NCBI GenBank assembly: GCA_963702095.1
Contig: OY969706.1
Location: forward strand, 2,752,001 to 2,816,000
Origin: Candidatus Bathyarchaeota archaeon
Lineage (GTDB): Archaea > Thermoproteota > Bathyarchaeia > Bathyarchaeales > Bathycorpusculaceae
Direction of reading: 5' to 3'
Length of the DNA stretch: 64,000 nt
The notes under the pieces were generated by a model. That model was not told where the DNA came from. It saw only the letters and a list, made by a program, of their open reading frames with translations, and searched no databases. This document shows positions 27,801 to 36,249 of the stretch, in pieces. Within the stretch, counting starts at the first letter, position 1. Every line of letters begins with the position of its first letter. The translations under genes were made by a program, and so were the position numbers.

Positions 27801-29024
27801 GTTTTTACGGGTGTTTTTTGGCTCGTACTGGAGTAGTGGGCTAAAGCGGACGTCGCCGCCAAAGACATCGCGAATTAAGCCTCGGCTGATTTCTAAACGT
27901 ATCTTCTTGGTTCTGCCGTACCTGCCCATGCTCACGACTTTGGCGTTGACCAAACCCATCGAATCCAACTCGTTAACCAAGGTGCCCAGTCGCCGCTGAG
28001 TTAGCAATCCAGCGCCCATTTCACCGCATAACTCATTGTAGACATCGTAGATTTCGCCTGTACTCGCGCTTGGCTTATTGAGGTGGTAGACGCTTAGCAG
28101 TACCAATTTTGAGTGCAGGGTTAAGTTTTTGAGGGCTTCTACGACACGGTTGTGCTCGATGTGTTTTTCAGCTTGTCGCACATGTTCCTCTGTGATGGTT
28201 TTTGCTCCTTGCCGCTCCGCAACTTCGCCTGCAACACGCAACAGGTCCAGGGCACGTCTGGCGTCCCCGTGTTCGGCGGCTGCAAGCGCAGAGGAAATGC
28301 TAAGAGCTGAATCAGAGAGAACGCCGTCTTGGAACGCCAGTTTGGAGCGTTCAAGCAATATGTTACGGAGTTCTTCTGCGTCGTAGGGTCTAAACACGAG
28401 TTCTTCTTCGCTAAGTGAACTAAAGACTCTGGGGTCGAGGAATTCTTTGAGGCGTAAGTCGTTGGATATGCCGATGATGGAGACTTTGCTTTTGTGGAGG
28501 GTTTCGTTGATGCGGGTGAGTTCGTACATGAAGGCGTCGCCTTTGTCCTTGATTAGGGCGTCGACTTCGTCTAGGACGATGATAAAAATTATTCTTGACT
28601 GGTCTAGCCCTGATCGGAAGCGGTCAAAAACTTCACCTACCGACAACCCAGTAAAGGGTATGGATAAGCCTACGCTTTGGCTTAAACTGGCAAAGACACG
28701 GTACTCCGAGCCAGTCATTCGGCAGTTGATATAGCAGAATTTGACTTGGGCACCGTACTCTTTAGCCTTTGATTCCAAGTGGCTCAAAACATATTTTGCG
28801 ACCGCGGTTTTTCCTGTGCCGGTTTTGCCGTAGATGAAAATGTTGGAGCATCGGGCGTCTCTTAGAACAGGCGCTACAGTTGAGCCTAAAAGACGAATCT
28901 GGTCTTCTCTATGTGGAAGCTTCTCTGGAATATAGTCATGTCGAAGAACCTCTCGGTCTTTGAACAGTTTTATACCGTGAACGAAGTTGTCGAATACGTC
29001 GTCGAGTACACTTGAATTTCCCAT
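27792..29024 (-). CDS. cdc6: Orc1/Cdc6 replication initiator
   Basis: LPHREDQI, Walker A GKTGTGKT, LDEVD, GDARRALDLL and C-terminal GRYGRT wHTH. Start MGNSS at 29024. Confidence 0.97.
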   Translation of the reverse strand: MGNSSVLDDVFDNFVHGIKLFKDREVLRHDYIPEKLPHREDQIRLLGSTVAPVLRDARCSNIFIYGKTGTGKTAVAKYVLSHLESKAKEYGAQVKFCYINCRMTGSEYRVFASLSQSVGLSIPFTGLSVGEVFDRFRSGLDQSRIIFIIVLDEVDALIKDKGDAFMYELTRINETLHKSKVSIIGISNDLRLKEFLDPRVFSSLSEEELVFRPYDAEELRNILLERSKLAFQDGVLSDSALSISSALAAAEHGDARRALDLLRVAGEVAERQGAKTITEEHVRQAEKHIEHNRVVEALKNLTLHSKLVLLSVYHLNKPSASTGEIYDVYNELCGEMGAGLLTQRRLGTLVNELDSMGLVNAKVVSMGRYGRTKKIRLEISRGLIRDVFGGDVRFSPLLQYEPKNTRKNSE

Positions 29025-29170
29025 TTGCCCACCCTCGCCTTTCAGAGGTACAACCGTTATTTCGTGTGGAACAGATAAAGGATACAGTACAAAAAACTGG
29101 TTCAAGAACACAATATTCCTAAAAAAGCTGAGGAAAAAGCTGTAGCAGCTAAGTAAACATAGTAGAGCAC

Positions 29171-29628
29171 ACACCCCAAGGTTTCGACTGGAAAAAAAGT
29201 CACTAAATTATAAATTCATATTAATAATATATAATAAAATATACTCTGAGTGATAAATAGGCTTTTTATATATTAATTATTATCATCAAAGAAATTAGAC
29301 ATTTCTTCTGCAAATATTTTTTCAGCCTCTCTAGACTTCTTTTCTGCCAAAAAATCGTCGACTGGAAACATAGGGGTGTCTCTTCATCGATAAATCCATG
29401 GAAATCAATATAAAATCACTGCTTAACCGCTATCTTGGCTTATGGCCAAACTAACTTTAACTTGAACAATTTTGTCACCAAAGTTATCGGTAACTTCACA
29501 TTCACAAAACTGTGAACACATGTGAAATAGCATTAAATCTGCCGCTTTATCTAAGCGGTTTTTCGCTGAATTACCCTAATTCTGTTCTACTACAGAGAAT
29601 AAGGCACCCCTTGACTTCTACTGGAAAA
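29171..29628. other. Replication origin (oriC): ORB elements and AT-rich DNA-unwinding element
   Basis: ORB-like boxes on the minus strand at 29171-29194 (TTCCAGTCGAAACCTTGGGGT), plus strand at 29357-29379 (GTCGACTGGAAACATAGGGGTG) and minus strand at 29605-29628 (TTCCAGTAGAAGTCAAGGGGTG). The first two flank a very AT-rich stretch at 29200-29340. Directly upstream of cdc6. Confidence 0.88.
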
Positions 29629-29801
29629 TCCAAACTAAGCCATACAGACTGGGCTTTTACGGTGTCGTTTCCTTGTGAAGCTGGTTATTCCATAAACAAT
29701 CCAGAAAAAAACTATTTAGCTATTATACGCCTAAATTAGCCTTTTTTTATTGCCATGTTTCACCATCACAGTTATAAGTTGTGAAGTGTAAAGATTGTGA
29801 A
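29495..29801. repeat. TGTGAA/TTCAC motif cluster upstream of the 142-aa wHTH gene
   Basis: Motifs at 29495, 29501, 29511, 29521, 29674, 29759, 29780 and 29796. Two more lie just downstream of the gene (30273, 30292). Confidence 0.6.
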
Positions 29802-29820
29802 CAACCTATAGGTGCACTGA

Positions 29821-30249
29821 TTGCCGGCTCGTAAAATACGCGTAGAGCTCTTCGATAGCGATGGGAATCGATACACTATCGCTTTTGAGGGTCAAGTGAC
29901 CCGTGACAAAGCTCTGCGACTGCTTGACCTCGTCGAATTGCTAGGCGGTGCGCCAAGCGAAGGCCCAACAGTTAACAGCGGTCCAGCAATGCCTAACCGT
30001 GCACTGTCCCGTTTTGAGAAGGTGCAGTTGGTTATTCAGAAAAATTTTCCGTTAATCTGGTTTTCATCGAAGGAGGTCCAATCAGTCTATGAGCAGGAAC
30101 TCAAAGAACCCGTCAGTTTGAGTACAATCTCAACCTATCTCTCACGTATGGCCGGCAAAGGCTTGCTGCTTAGGACCGGTAGTTCAAACAGCCTCAAGTA
30201 CAAGACAGCGCCAAACATTCCACAGGCAATAAAGCAACACATAAAGTAA
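29821..30249 (+). CDS. oriC-adjacent uncharacterised winged-helix protein (142 aa)
   Basis: Small N-terminal beta-beta-alpha domain, linker, then WFSSKEVQSVYE..VSLSTISTYLSRM..KGLLLRTG wHTH. SD-like GGTG before TTG. Confidence 0.8.
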   Translation: MPARKIRVELFDSDGNRYTIAFEGQVTRDKALRLLDLVELLGGAPSEGPTVNSGPAMPNRALSRFEKVQLVIQKNFPLIWFSSKEVQSVYEQELKEPVSLSTISTYLSRMAGKGLLLRTGSSNSLKYKTAPNIPQAIKQHIK

Positions 30250-30310
30250 CTTTATAACTGCTTCCCAAGCGATTCACAGAAAAGCTGGTATTGTGAACTG
30301 TAGCATTTTC

Positions 30311-30460
30311 GTTTTCTTTTTTTCTAGTGTTAGAAGAAGAGAGTGTTGCCCTTACTCATCTTCTTCCTATGGGCTTGGTGGGCGGCTGTGTTTTGTGTTC
30401 TACACTAGAAAGGGGTTGCTGGCTGGTTGAGGAGCAAACCACAAGCAGAACCAAAAAACC
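30311..30460 (+). repeat. Dispersed intergenic repeat family A, copy 4
   Basis: TTTTTCTAGTGTTAGAAGAAGAGAGTGTTGCCCTTACTCATCTTCTTCC...GGCTGGTTGAGG..CAAACCACAAGCAGAACC. Confidence 0.9.
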
Positions 30461-30531
30461 TCTCAATTATTATACCGACAGGTTACTAAAGGGTTAAATC
30501 TGCTGTCACGCATTCAAATCGGGGAACGCAT

Positions 30532-31155
30532 ATGTCCACCATAACCGACAAAATCGCAAACGCACTCTACCAATCAGGCTGCCTCCACTTCGGCAGCTTC
30601 AGAATAAAATCCGGAGCCACCAGCCCCTACTACATCGACTTAGCCCGCGTCCTCTCCGCGCCCCAGCAACTCGACGTCATAGCTGAGGTCGCCGCGGAAA
30701 AAATAAAGCAAATCGACGCTTCCGAACACATCGACAAACTTGCCTCTATCGAACTCAAAGGCGCCTTAATCGTGCCCAGCATCGCCGTCAAACTCAACAT
30801 GCCCTGTGTAATTGTGCGCAAGGAATCGAAAGCCTACGGTGTCACGGGCAGAACCGCGGGGGCAGACGTCGCTAAAGGCGACAACATATTGTTCTTCGAC
30901 GATGTGGTCAGCGAGGGGCTTTCAAAAATCGAAGGCGTCAAACCCCTCTTGGAATTGGGCGCCAATGTCAAGCATATGCTGGTGGTGGTTAACCGCGAGC
31001 ACGGCGGCAAAGAGAACCTTGAAAAACTCGGCTACCAAGTTCACGCCCTGGCAAAAATCACTGATATAGTGGCTTCGCTGTCTGTGAACGGGCACATTTC
31101 AAAAGAAGAGGCTGACAGCGTTTTAGAGTACGTGAAGCATTTTAGGGCGCAGTAA
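30532..31155 (+). CDS. pyrE: Orotate phosphoribosyltransferase
   Basis: FGSFRIKSGATSPYYIDL, VRKESKAYG and FDDVVSEG motifs. Confidence 0.93.
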   Translation: MSTITDKIANALYQSGCLHFGSFRIKSGATSPYYIDLARVLSAPQQLDVIAEVAAEKIKQIDASEHIDKLASIELKGALIVPSIAVKLNMPCVIVRKESKAYGVTGRTAGADVAKGDNILFFDDVVSEGLSKIEGVKPLLELGANVKHMLVVVNREHGGKENLEKLGYQVHALAKITDIVASLSVNGHISKEEADSVLEYVKHFRAQ

Positions 31156-31368
31156 GGTAGAACTGGATAATTCGGTCGGCGACGGCAGTGGAGTAACCGC
31201 TATTTGTCAACGACTGTTTTAAAAGCTTTAACTCGTCTGCTTCCATAGTAACCGCTAATTCCTATGTATTAAACAAAATATAAAGTTAACCAGAATCATC
31301 CGCAGAGCAACTGACCCCTACGTTTATTGGCTGCCACCTCAAACAGTATACCAAAAAGAGTGCCCAAA

Positions 31369-32376
31369 ATGCCCGCCCAAAACCCCATCGTCGAAGCAAT
31401 GCTAAACCCCCAAACCTACCCTGAACCAACAAGCAAAGTCGAACTCATCCAAACCCACATCTCCTATGTCTTTCTAACCGAAAAATACGCCTACAAGATT
31501 AAGAAACCCGTAAACTTTGGCTTCCTAGACTTCTCCACACTCGAGCAGCGCCATGACTACTGCGAAAAGGAACTCCAGCTAAACAAGCGGCTGTGCCCAG
31601 AAATTTACCTTGAAGTCGTCCCCATCAACAAATCTGCAATCCTCAAAATCAACGGCGACGGAGAAACGGTTGAGTATGCCTTGAAAATGAAGCGGCTTCC
31701 ACAGGACCGCATCATGACTCAACTGCTCCAAAAGGGCAAAATCGACAAAAAAGTCATCGACGAACTCGCCAAGATAGTCGCCAAATTCCACGGCGAAGCT
31801 GCGACCAACGCTGAAATCAACGAGTTCGGTTCCCTCAAGATTGTTAAGACTAACTGGGACGAAAACTTTGCTCAAACCACAAAGTACATTGGGCAAACAA
31901 CATCCAAAGAAGACTTCGACTTTATCAAAGCTAAAATCGATTGGTTCATCGCCAAAAACAACGTGCTCTTTCAAAGCCGAATCGACGGCAAACGCATCCG
32001 TGACTGCCACGGCGACCTCCACTCAGGCAACATCTTTGTCACGGATAAAATATGCATTTTCGACGCCATCGAATTCAACGACCGCTTCCGATACAGCGAC
32101 GTCGTCTCAGACGTAGCTTTTCTGGCGATGGATTTGGATTACCAAAAAAGTAGCGACCTCGCCGACTACTTCATAGCGCAGTACATTGCCTACTCCAAAG
32201 ATACCCAGCTAGAGCAGCTTTTGCCCTTCTACAAGTGCTACCGCGCCTACGTCCGCGGAAAAGTGGTTAGCTTCCGCCTCGACGACCCCCATATCGCCTT
32301 CAAGGAAAAAGAGGCAGCGATCAATGAGGCATCGGCGTACTTCCGGCTAGCCGCAGAATACGCAAAAAACCTCTAA
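31369..32376 (+). CDS. Aminoglycoside-phosphotransferase-like kinase (COG2187 type)
   Basis: IQTHISYVFL..YKIKKPV.FGFLDFSTL, DCHGDLH, FDAIEFN and DVAFLAMDL motifs. Confidence 0.88.
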   Translation: MPAQNPIVEAMLNPQTYPEPTSKVELIQTHISYVFLTEKYAYKIKKPVNFGFLDFSTLEQRHDYCEKELQLNKRLCPEIYLEVVPINKSAILKINGDGETVEYALKMKRLPQDRIMTQLLQKGKIDKKVIDELAKIVAKFHGEAATNAEINEFGSLKIVKTNWDENFAQTTKYIGQTTSKEDFDFIKAKIDWFIAKNNVLFQSRIDGKRIRDCHGDLHSGNIFVTDKICIFDAIEFNDRFRYSDVVSDVAFLAMDLDYQKSSDLADYFIAQYIAYSKDTQLEQLLPFYKCYRAYVRGKVVSFRLDDPHIAFKEKEAAINEASAYFRLAAEYAKNL

Positions 32377-32384
32377 GCCAAAAC

Positions 32385-33251
32385 TCATTTGAATTGTTCG
32401 GCAACCCAACTGGGAATGTCAAGTGTTCCCATCACCACTGGTTTCTGGTGGCAGTCGCTGCCGCCCGTTGCCAACAAACCGTTTTCTTTGGAGAACGTGC
32501 GGTAGTGGCTGGTGGTTTCTGGGGTGTGCCTTGTATGCCAGCATTCGAGTCCGTCGATGTATAGCAGCATCGTCTCTTTGATTATGGCTGTTTGCTCCGC
32601 CAAATCTTTCGTGTATGCTGCAAGTGAGGTTCCGTGGGGGTCGTTGCCATGCGCCAGCACCAATTTGCCGCCCGCGTCCCTGACAAGATTGGAGGCTTCT
32701 TCAAGGTAGAGCGGGTACTTGGGCACATCACATTTGACGAGGTACCGGTCGAAGGCTTCCTGTCGGCCAGCCACAATTCCTTTCTTGACAAGGTAGTCGG
32801 CGATGTGAGGTCTGCCCAAAGTGCCATCAACGGATTCCTCGATTTTGTGGAAGTCCTCCGCAGTTAAGGGGGCGATGTTTTCTTTTGCAAATTCGGTGTT
32901 GAGGTTGTCGAGGATTTTGGCTGCGCGTTCCTGTCGGTACTGTGCCATCATGGCAAGCTTGTCCTTTAAAGCTGTGTTGTTTTGGTCGAACTGGTAGCCT
33001 AAGAAATCCAGCGAAACAGCTCTGCCTTCCTTGTATTTTGGGTTGGAGAAAGCGACGTTTAACTCTACGCCGGTGATGTAGCGTATGCCTGCTTTTTTTG
33101 CTTCGGCGATGGCTTGGGTTTGGCAGCTGATGTTGTCATGGTCACTTATCGCCATAAACTCGATGCCACGCGCTTTGGCTTCACCGATGATTTCTGGGAC
33201 GGTGAATTTGCCGTCGGAGGCAGCGGAGTGAATATGCATGTCAATATTCAT
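32385..33251 (-). CDS. PHP-domain metallophosphoesterase (TrpH/YciV-like)
   Basis: DMHIHSAASDG, SDHD, GVE, GRPHIA and GGSDCH motifs. Confidence 0.9.
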   Translation of the reverse strand: MNIDMHIHSAASDGKFTVPEIIGEAKARGIEFMAISDHDNISCQTQAIAEAKKAGIRYITGVELNVAFSNPKYKEGRAVSLDFLGYQFDQNNTALKDKLAMMAQYRQERAAKILDNLNTEFAKENIAPLTAEDFHKIEESVDGTLGRPHIADYLVKKGIVAGRQEAFDRYLVKCDVPKYPLYLEEASNLVRDAGGKLVLAHGNDPHGTSLAAYTKDLAEQTAIIKETMLLYIDGLECWHTRHTPETTSHYRTFSKENGLLATGGSDCHQKPVVMGTLDIPSWVAEQFK

Positions 33252-33261
33252 GAGGTAGGGT

Positions 33262-33876
33262 TTACCTCTTTTCTTCTGCGATTATGAACCATTTTTCTTT
33301 TTCGTTGTGGCAGGTGTCAACGGTTAGGTGGGTGATTTTGAGGTTGGGATACTTTTTCTTTAGGGCGTCGATGTCTACGGGTTCGAACTTGCTTTTGTTG
33401 GCTAAGTAAGCCTCAGGTGTGAGGGCGTTGGACTCGTATTTTTCTTTAGTCCGCTTGCTTATCCTATTTAATGATACGTCCTGTGGGCAACTGGTTTGCA
33501 GGATGACAAAGGTCATGTTGTTTTTTTCTGCGACCTCAGCTGCCCGTTCACGCAGGTCTTGGGTGACAAAAGTCGCGTCTAATATCATGCCGCCTTCCTT
33601 GTCTTTGGCTGCCAACTCGTCTGCACGTCGGAACACTTCATCATAGACGGATAATCGCTTGTTCATGTTGCCTGCGACTTTGGCGTCGAAAATATCCTCG
33701 TTTTTGAGCACTTCTCGGCGGATTAAGTCGCTGCGTAAAATGGGGTACCCCTTGATCTTGGCTATTTCCTCTGAGGTTTCGGTTTTGTAGCTGGCAGGTA
33801 ACCCACAGGTAATCAGTAAGGTTCTGGGTTCAAGGTTTGCTTTGATAAAAGAGGTAAAAGGTTCCTTCATCATCAT
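33262..33876 (-). CDS. AAA_33/COG0645-type P-loop kinase
   Basis: CGLPASYKTE P-loop variant, RSDLIRRE and ILDATF motifs. Confidence 0.8.
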   Translation of the reverse strand: MMMKEPFTSFIKANLEPRTLLITCGLPASYKTETSEEIAKIKGYPILRSDLIRREVLKNEDIFDAKVAGNMNKRLSVYDEVFRRADELAAKDKEGGMILDATFVTQDLRERAAEVAEKNNMTFVILQTSCPQDVSLNRISKRTKEKYESNALTPEAYLANKSKFEPVDIDALKKKYPNLKITHLTVDTCHNEKEKWFIIAEEKR

Positions 33877-34021
33877 ACACCCTAATACAGTTAGCTTAGG
33901 TTGGGGTGTACTTTAACTTTTTCCAGCTCAAGCGGGCCCTCGCCATACCTTGCACCTTATGAAACGTAGGTAAATTCTAAATAAGGAGGACAGCCACACT
34001 TTCGTAAAAGAAGGAACCCTC

Positions 34022-35278
34022 ATGGAAGAATTCCAAGTTAAAGACAGAAGCTTAGCACCTCAAGGATACTTACAGATTGAATGGGCAGCAAAACATATGC
34101 CCGTCCTAAACACAATAAAAGAACGTTTTGAAAAAGAAAAACCGCTCAAAGACCAAACCCTCGCCGCATGCCTCCACGTAACCAAGGAAACAGCGGTTCT
34201 CATCAAAGTTCTCATCGCCGGAGGCGCCAACGTCGCATTATGCGGTTCCAACCCGCTCTCAACCCAAGACGACGTAGCCGCAGCCTTAGCCGACAGCGGA
34301 GTGCACGTTTTTGCTTGGAGAGGCCAGAACACCGAAGACTACTACAAATGCATCGAGAAAGTCCTCGAATTCAAACCCACCATAACCATGGACGACGGCG
34401 CGGACGTCGTGGGCATGATTCATAGCAAACGCCAAGACCTCATCCCACTCATCAAAGGCGGAACCGAAGAAACCACCACCGGCGTAGTCCGCCTAAAAGC
34501 CATGGAAGTAGATGGGAGCCTCAAATACCCCATCGTAGCCGTCAACGAAGCCCTAACCAAGTACCTGTTTGACAACCGTTATGGCACGGGACAAAGCACC
34601 ATCGATGGTATCCTGCGTGCAACCTCCGTTTTGCTTGCTGGCAAGAACTTCGTCGTTGGAGGGTATGGCTGGTGCAGTCGAGGCATCGCCATGCGCGCAC
34701 AGGGTTTAGGCGCAAACGTCATAGTCACCGAAGTCCAACCTACCCGTGCACTTGAAGCCGTCATGAACGGGCTACGCGTTATGCCTATGTCTGAAGCAGC
34801 AGCAATAGGCGACATATTCGCCACTGCAACAGGCGATATCCATGTTATCCGTAAAGAGCATATGGAGAAAATGAAGGACGGAGCAATAATGTGCAACAGC
34901 GGCCACTTCAACGTGGAAATAAACGTGCCACAGTTGGAGTCGATGTCGATTTCTCATCGCACGATGCGTGCCAACATGGAGGAGTACACGCTAAAAGACG
35001 GCAGGCGCCTCTATTTGCTCGCTGAAGGCAGACTGGTGAATTTAGCCGCGGCTGAAGGTCACCCCTCAGAAGTCATGGACATGTCGTTTGCTAATCAGGC
35101 ACTGTGCGCTGAATACATCGCCAAATCCGATAAATTGCAAACCAAAGTTTACGTTGTGCCAAAAGACATAGACGAAAAAATAGCTGAGCTCAAGCTGCAG
35201 AGTATGGGCATCAAGATCGACGAGTTGACAGATGAACAGAAAAAGTACCTTTCCACATGGGAAATGGGCACAACCTGA
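34022..35278 (+). CDS. ahcY: Adenosylhomocysteinase
   Basis: [23 protein letters not shown] and GRLVNL..AEGHP motifs. Confidence 0.98.
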   Translation: MEEFQVKDRSLAPQGYLQIEWAAKHMPVLNTIKERFEKEKPLKDQTLAACLHVTKETAVLIKVLIAGGANVALCGSNPLSTQDDVAAALADSGVHVFAWRGQNTEDYYKCIEKVLEFKPTITMDDGADVVGMIHSKRQDLIPLIKGGTEETTTGVVRLKAMEVDGSLKYPIVAVNEALTKYLFDNRYGTGQSTIDGILRATSVLLAGKNFVVGGYGWCSRGIAMRAQGLGANVIVTEVQPTRALEAVMNGLRVMPMSEAAAIGDIFATATGDIHVIRKEHMEKMKDGAIMCNSGHFNVEINVPQLESMSISHRTMRANMEEYTLKDGRRLYLLAEGRLVNLAAAEGHPSEVMDMSFANQALCAEYIAKSDKLQTKVYVVPKDIDEKIAELKLQSMGIKIDELTDEQKKYLSTWEMGTT

Positions 35279-35356
35279 TAGTGACTAGCTCGTAAAACAT
35301 AACAAACTTTAAATTGATTAAGCGAATACATGGCTACTAAAGTGGTGAATCACTAA

Positions 35357-35728
35357 ATGGTTAGCAAAGATCAAGGAATAGGTGGAGCAATACTCGTCGT
35401 TTGCGTAGTCGTCGCTATCGGCTACATAGTTGCACTTTTCGGTTACCCATGGCTACAGGATAATGTCTCGTGGCTTAACGTTGGCTCTGCAGCTGATGTC
35501 AGATTCTGGCTCATCGCTATACCTGTGTTCGTAGCATTCGTTGCTATACTCTTCATCGGCGCATGGATTGGCTGGACAATGGCAACAACACCCCCGCCAA
35601 AACCAATCGAAGAAATCACAACAGAGATCGAAGACAAGAAACCTGAACCTGCCCCAGAACCAGTTGCCCCAGCAGCCCCTGAACCGGTAGCCACCGAAGA
35701 TAAACCAGTTGCTAAGAAAAAGAAATAA
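35357..35728 (+). CDS. Conserved archaeal two-TM membrane protein with Pro/Glu-rich tail
   Basis: MVSKDQGIG..., WIGWTMATTPPPKPIEEI. Confidence 0.75.
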   Translation: MVSKDQGIGGAILVVCVVVAIGYIVALFGYPWLQDNVSWLNVGSAADVRFWLIAIPVFVAFVAILFIGAWIGWTMATTPPPKPIEEITTEIEDKKPEPAPEPVAPAAPEPVATEDKPVAKKKK

Positions 35729-35734
35729 GCAAAC

Positions 35735-35770
35735 TTATTTTTCTTTTATTCATTTTTCTTTTTTAGTTTA
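35735..35770 (+). terminator. Oligo-T archaeal terminator
   Basis: TTATTTTTCTTTTATTCATTTTTCTTTTTT immediately after the stop at 35728. Confidence 0.55.
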
Positions 35771-35822
35771 TTCTCACACAGCCACGGTGACGCCGTTAGT
35801 CTGCCGTTGAAGCGCTTGAGTG

Positions 35823-36182
35823 TTATTGTTCATGCATCTTCTTTAACATGCACTCAACTATGCTTTTACACACTAAACATTCATCTGGTATCTGCTCCTT
35901 ATTTGCCCGCTCACTAAGATAGCCAAGATGATGCCCGCAACCTGCTTCCACCCCGCTCTTTGATGGACCGCTACTTCCTTCCTTTGCCTTCTTAGTCTGG
36001 ACTGGTTTTGGCTCTTTTTTCTCTTGCTCTACATCTTTAATCTTTGTTAAGCAGTAAGGGCAGGCAAAGTAGGGTTCGGTTGGATTCTGCTGCAGATTAA
36101 GCGTTTTTAGCGGTGTGGTGAATGTTTTTTTGCATGAAGAATTCGGACATGTGAACGTTTTAGATTCTACCATGGGTCCCAC
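35823..36182 (-). CDS. Small double zinc-finger protein
   Basis: CPNSSC..CPYC, and C-terminal CGHHLGYL..IPDECLVC..VECM. Confidence 0.75.
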   Translation of the reverse strand: MGPMVESKTFTCPNSSCKKTFTTPLKTLNLQQNPTEPYFACPYCLTKIKDVEQEKKEPKPVQTKKAKEGSSGPSKSGVEAGCGHHLGYLSERANKEQIPDECLVCKSIVECMLKKMHEQ

Positions 36183-36249
36183 GGATGTAATTCAGAGTAA
36201 CTGCTAATAGGTGTCTTGGCTTAAAGAGTTGATGAATCCAAAATAAGTA

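Noticed and set aside
29025-29174. 50-aa N-terminal extension of Cdc6 in the ORF track
   Set aside because: It is not Cdc6-like and runs into ORB1. An SD-like GAGGGTGG precedes the ATG at 29024.
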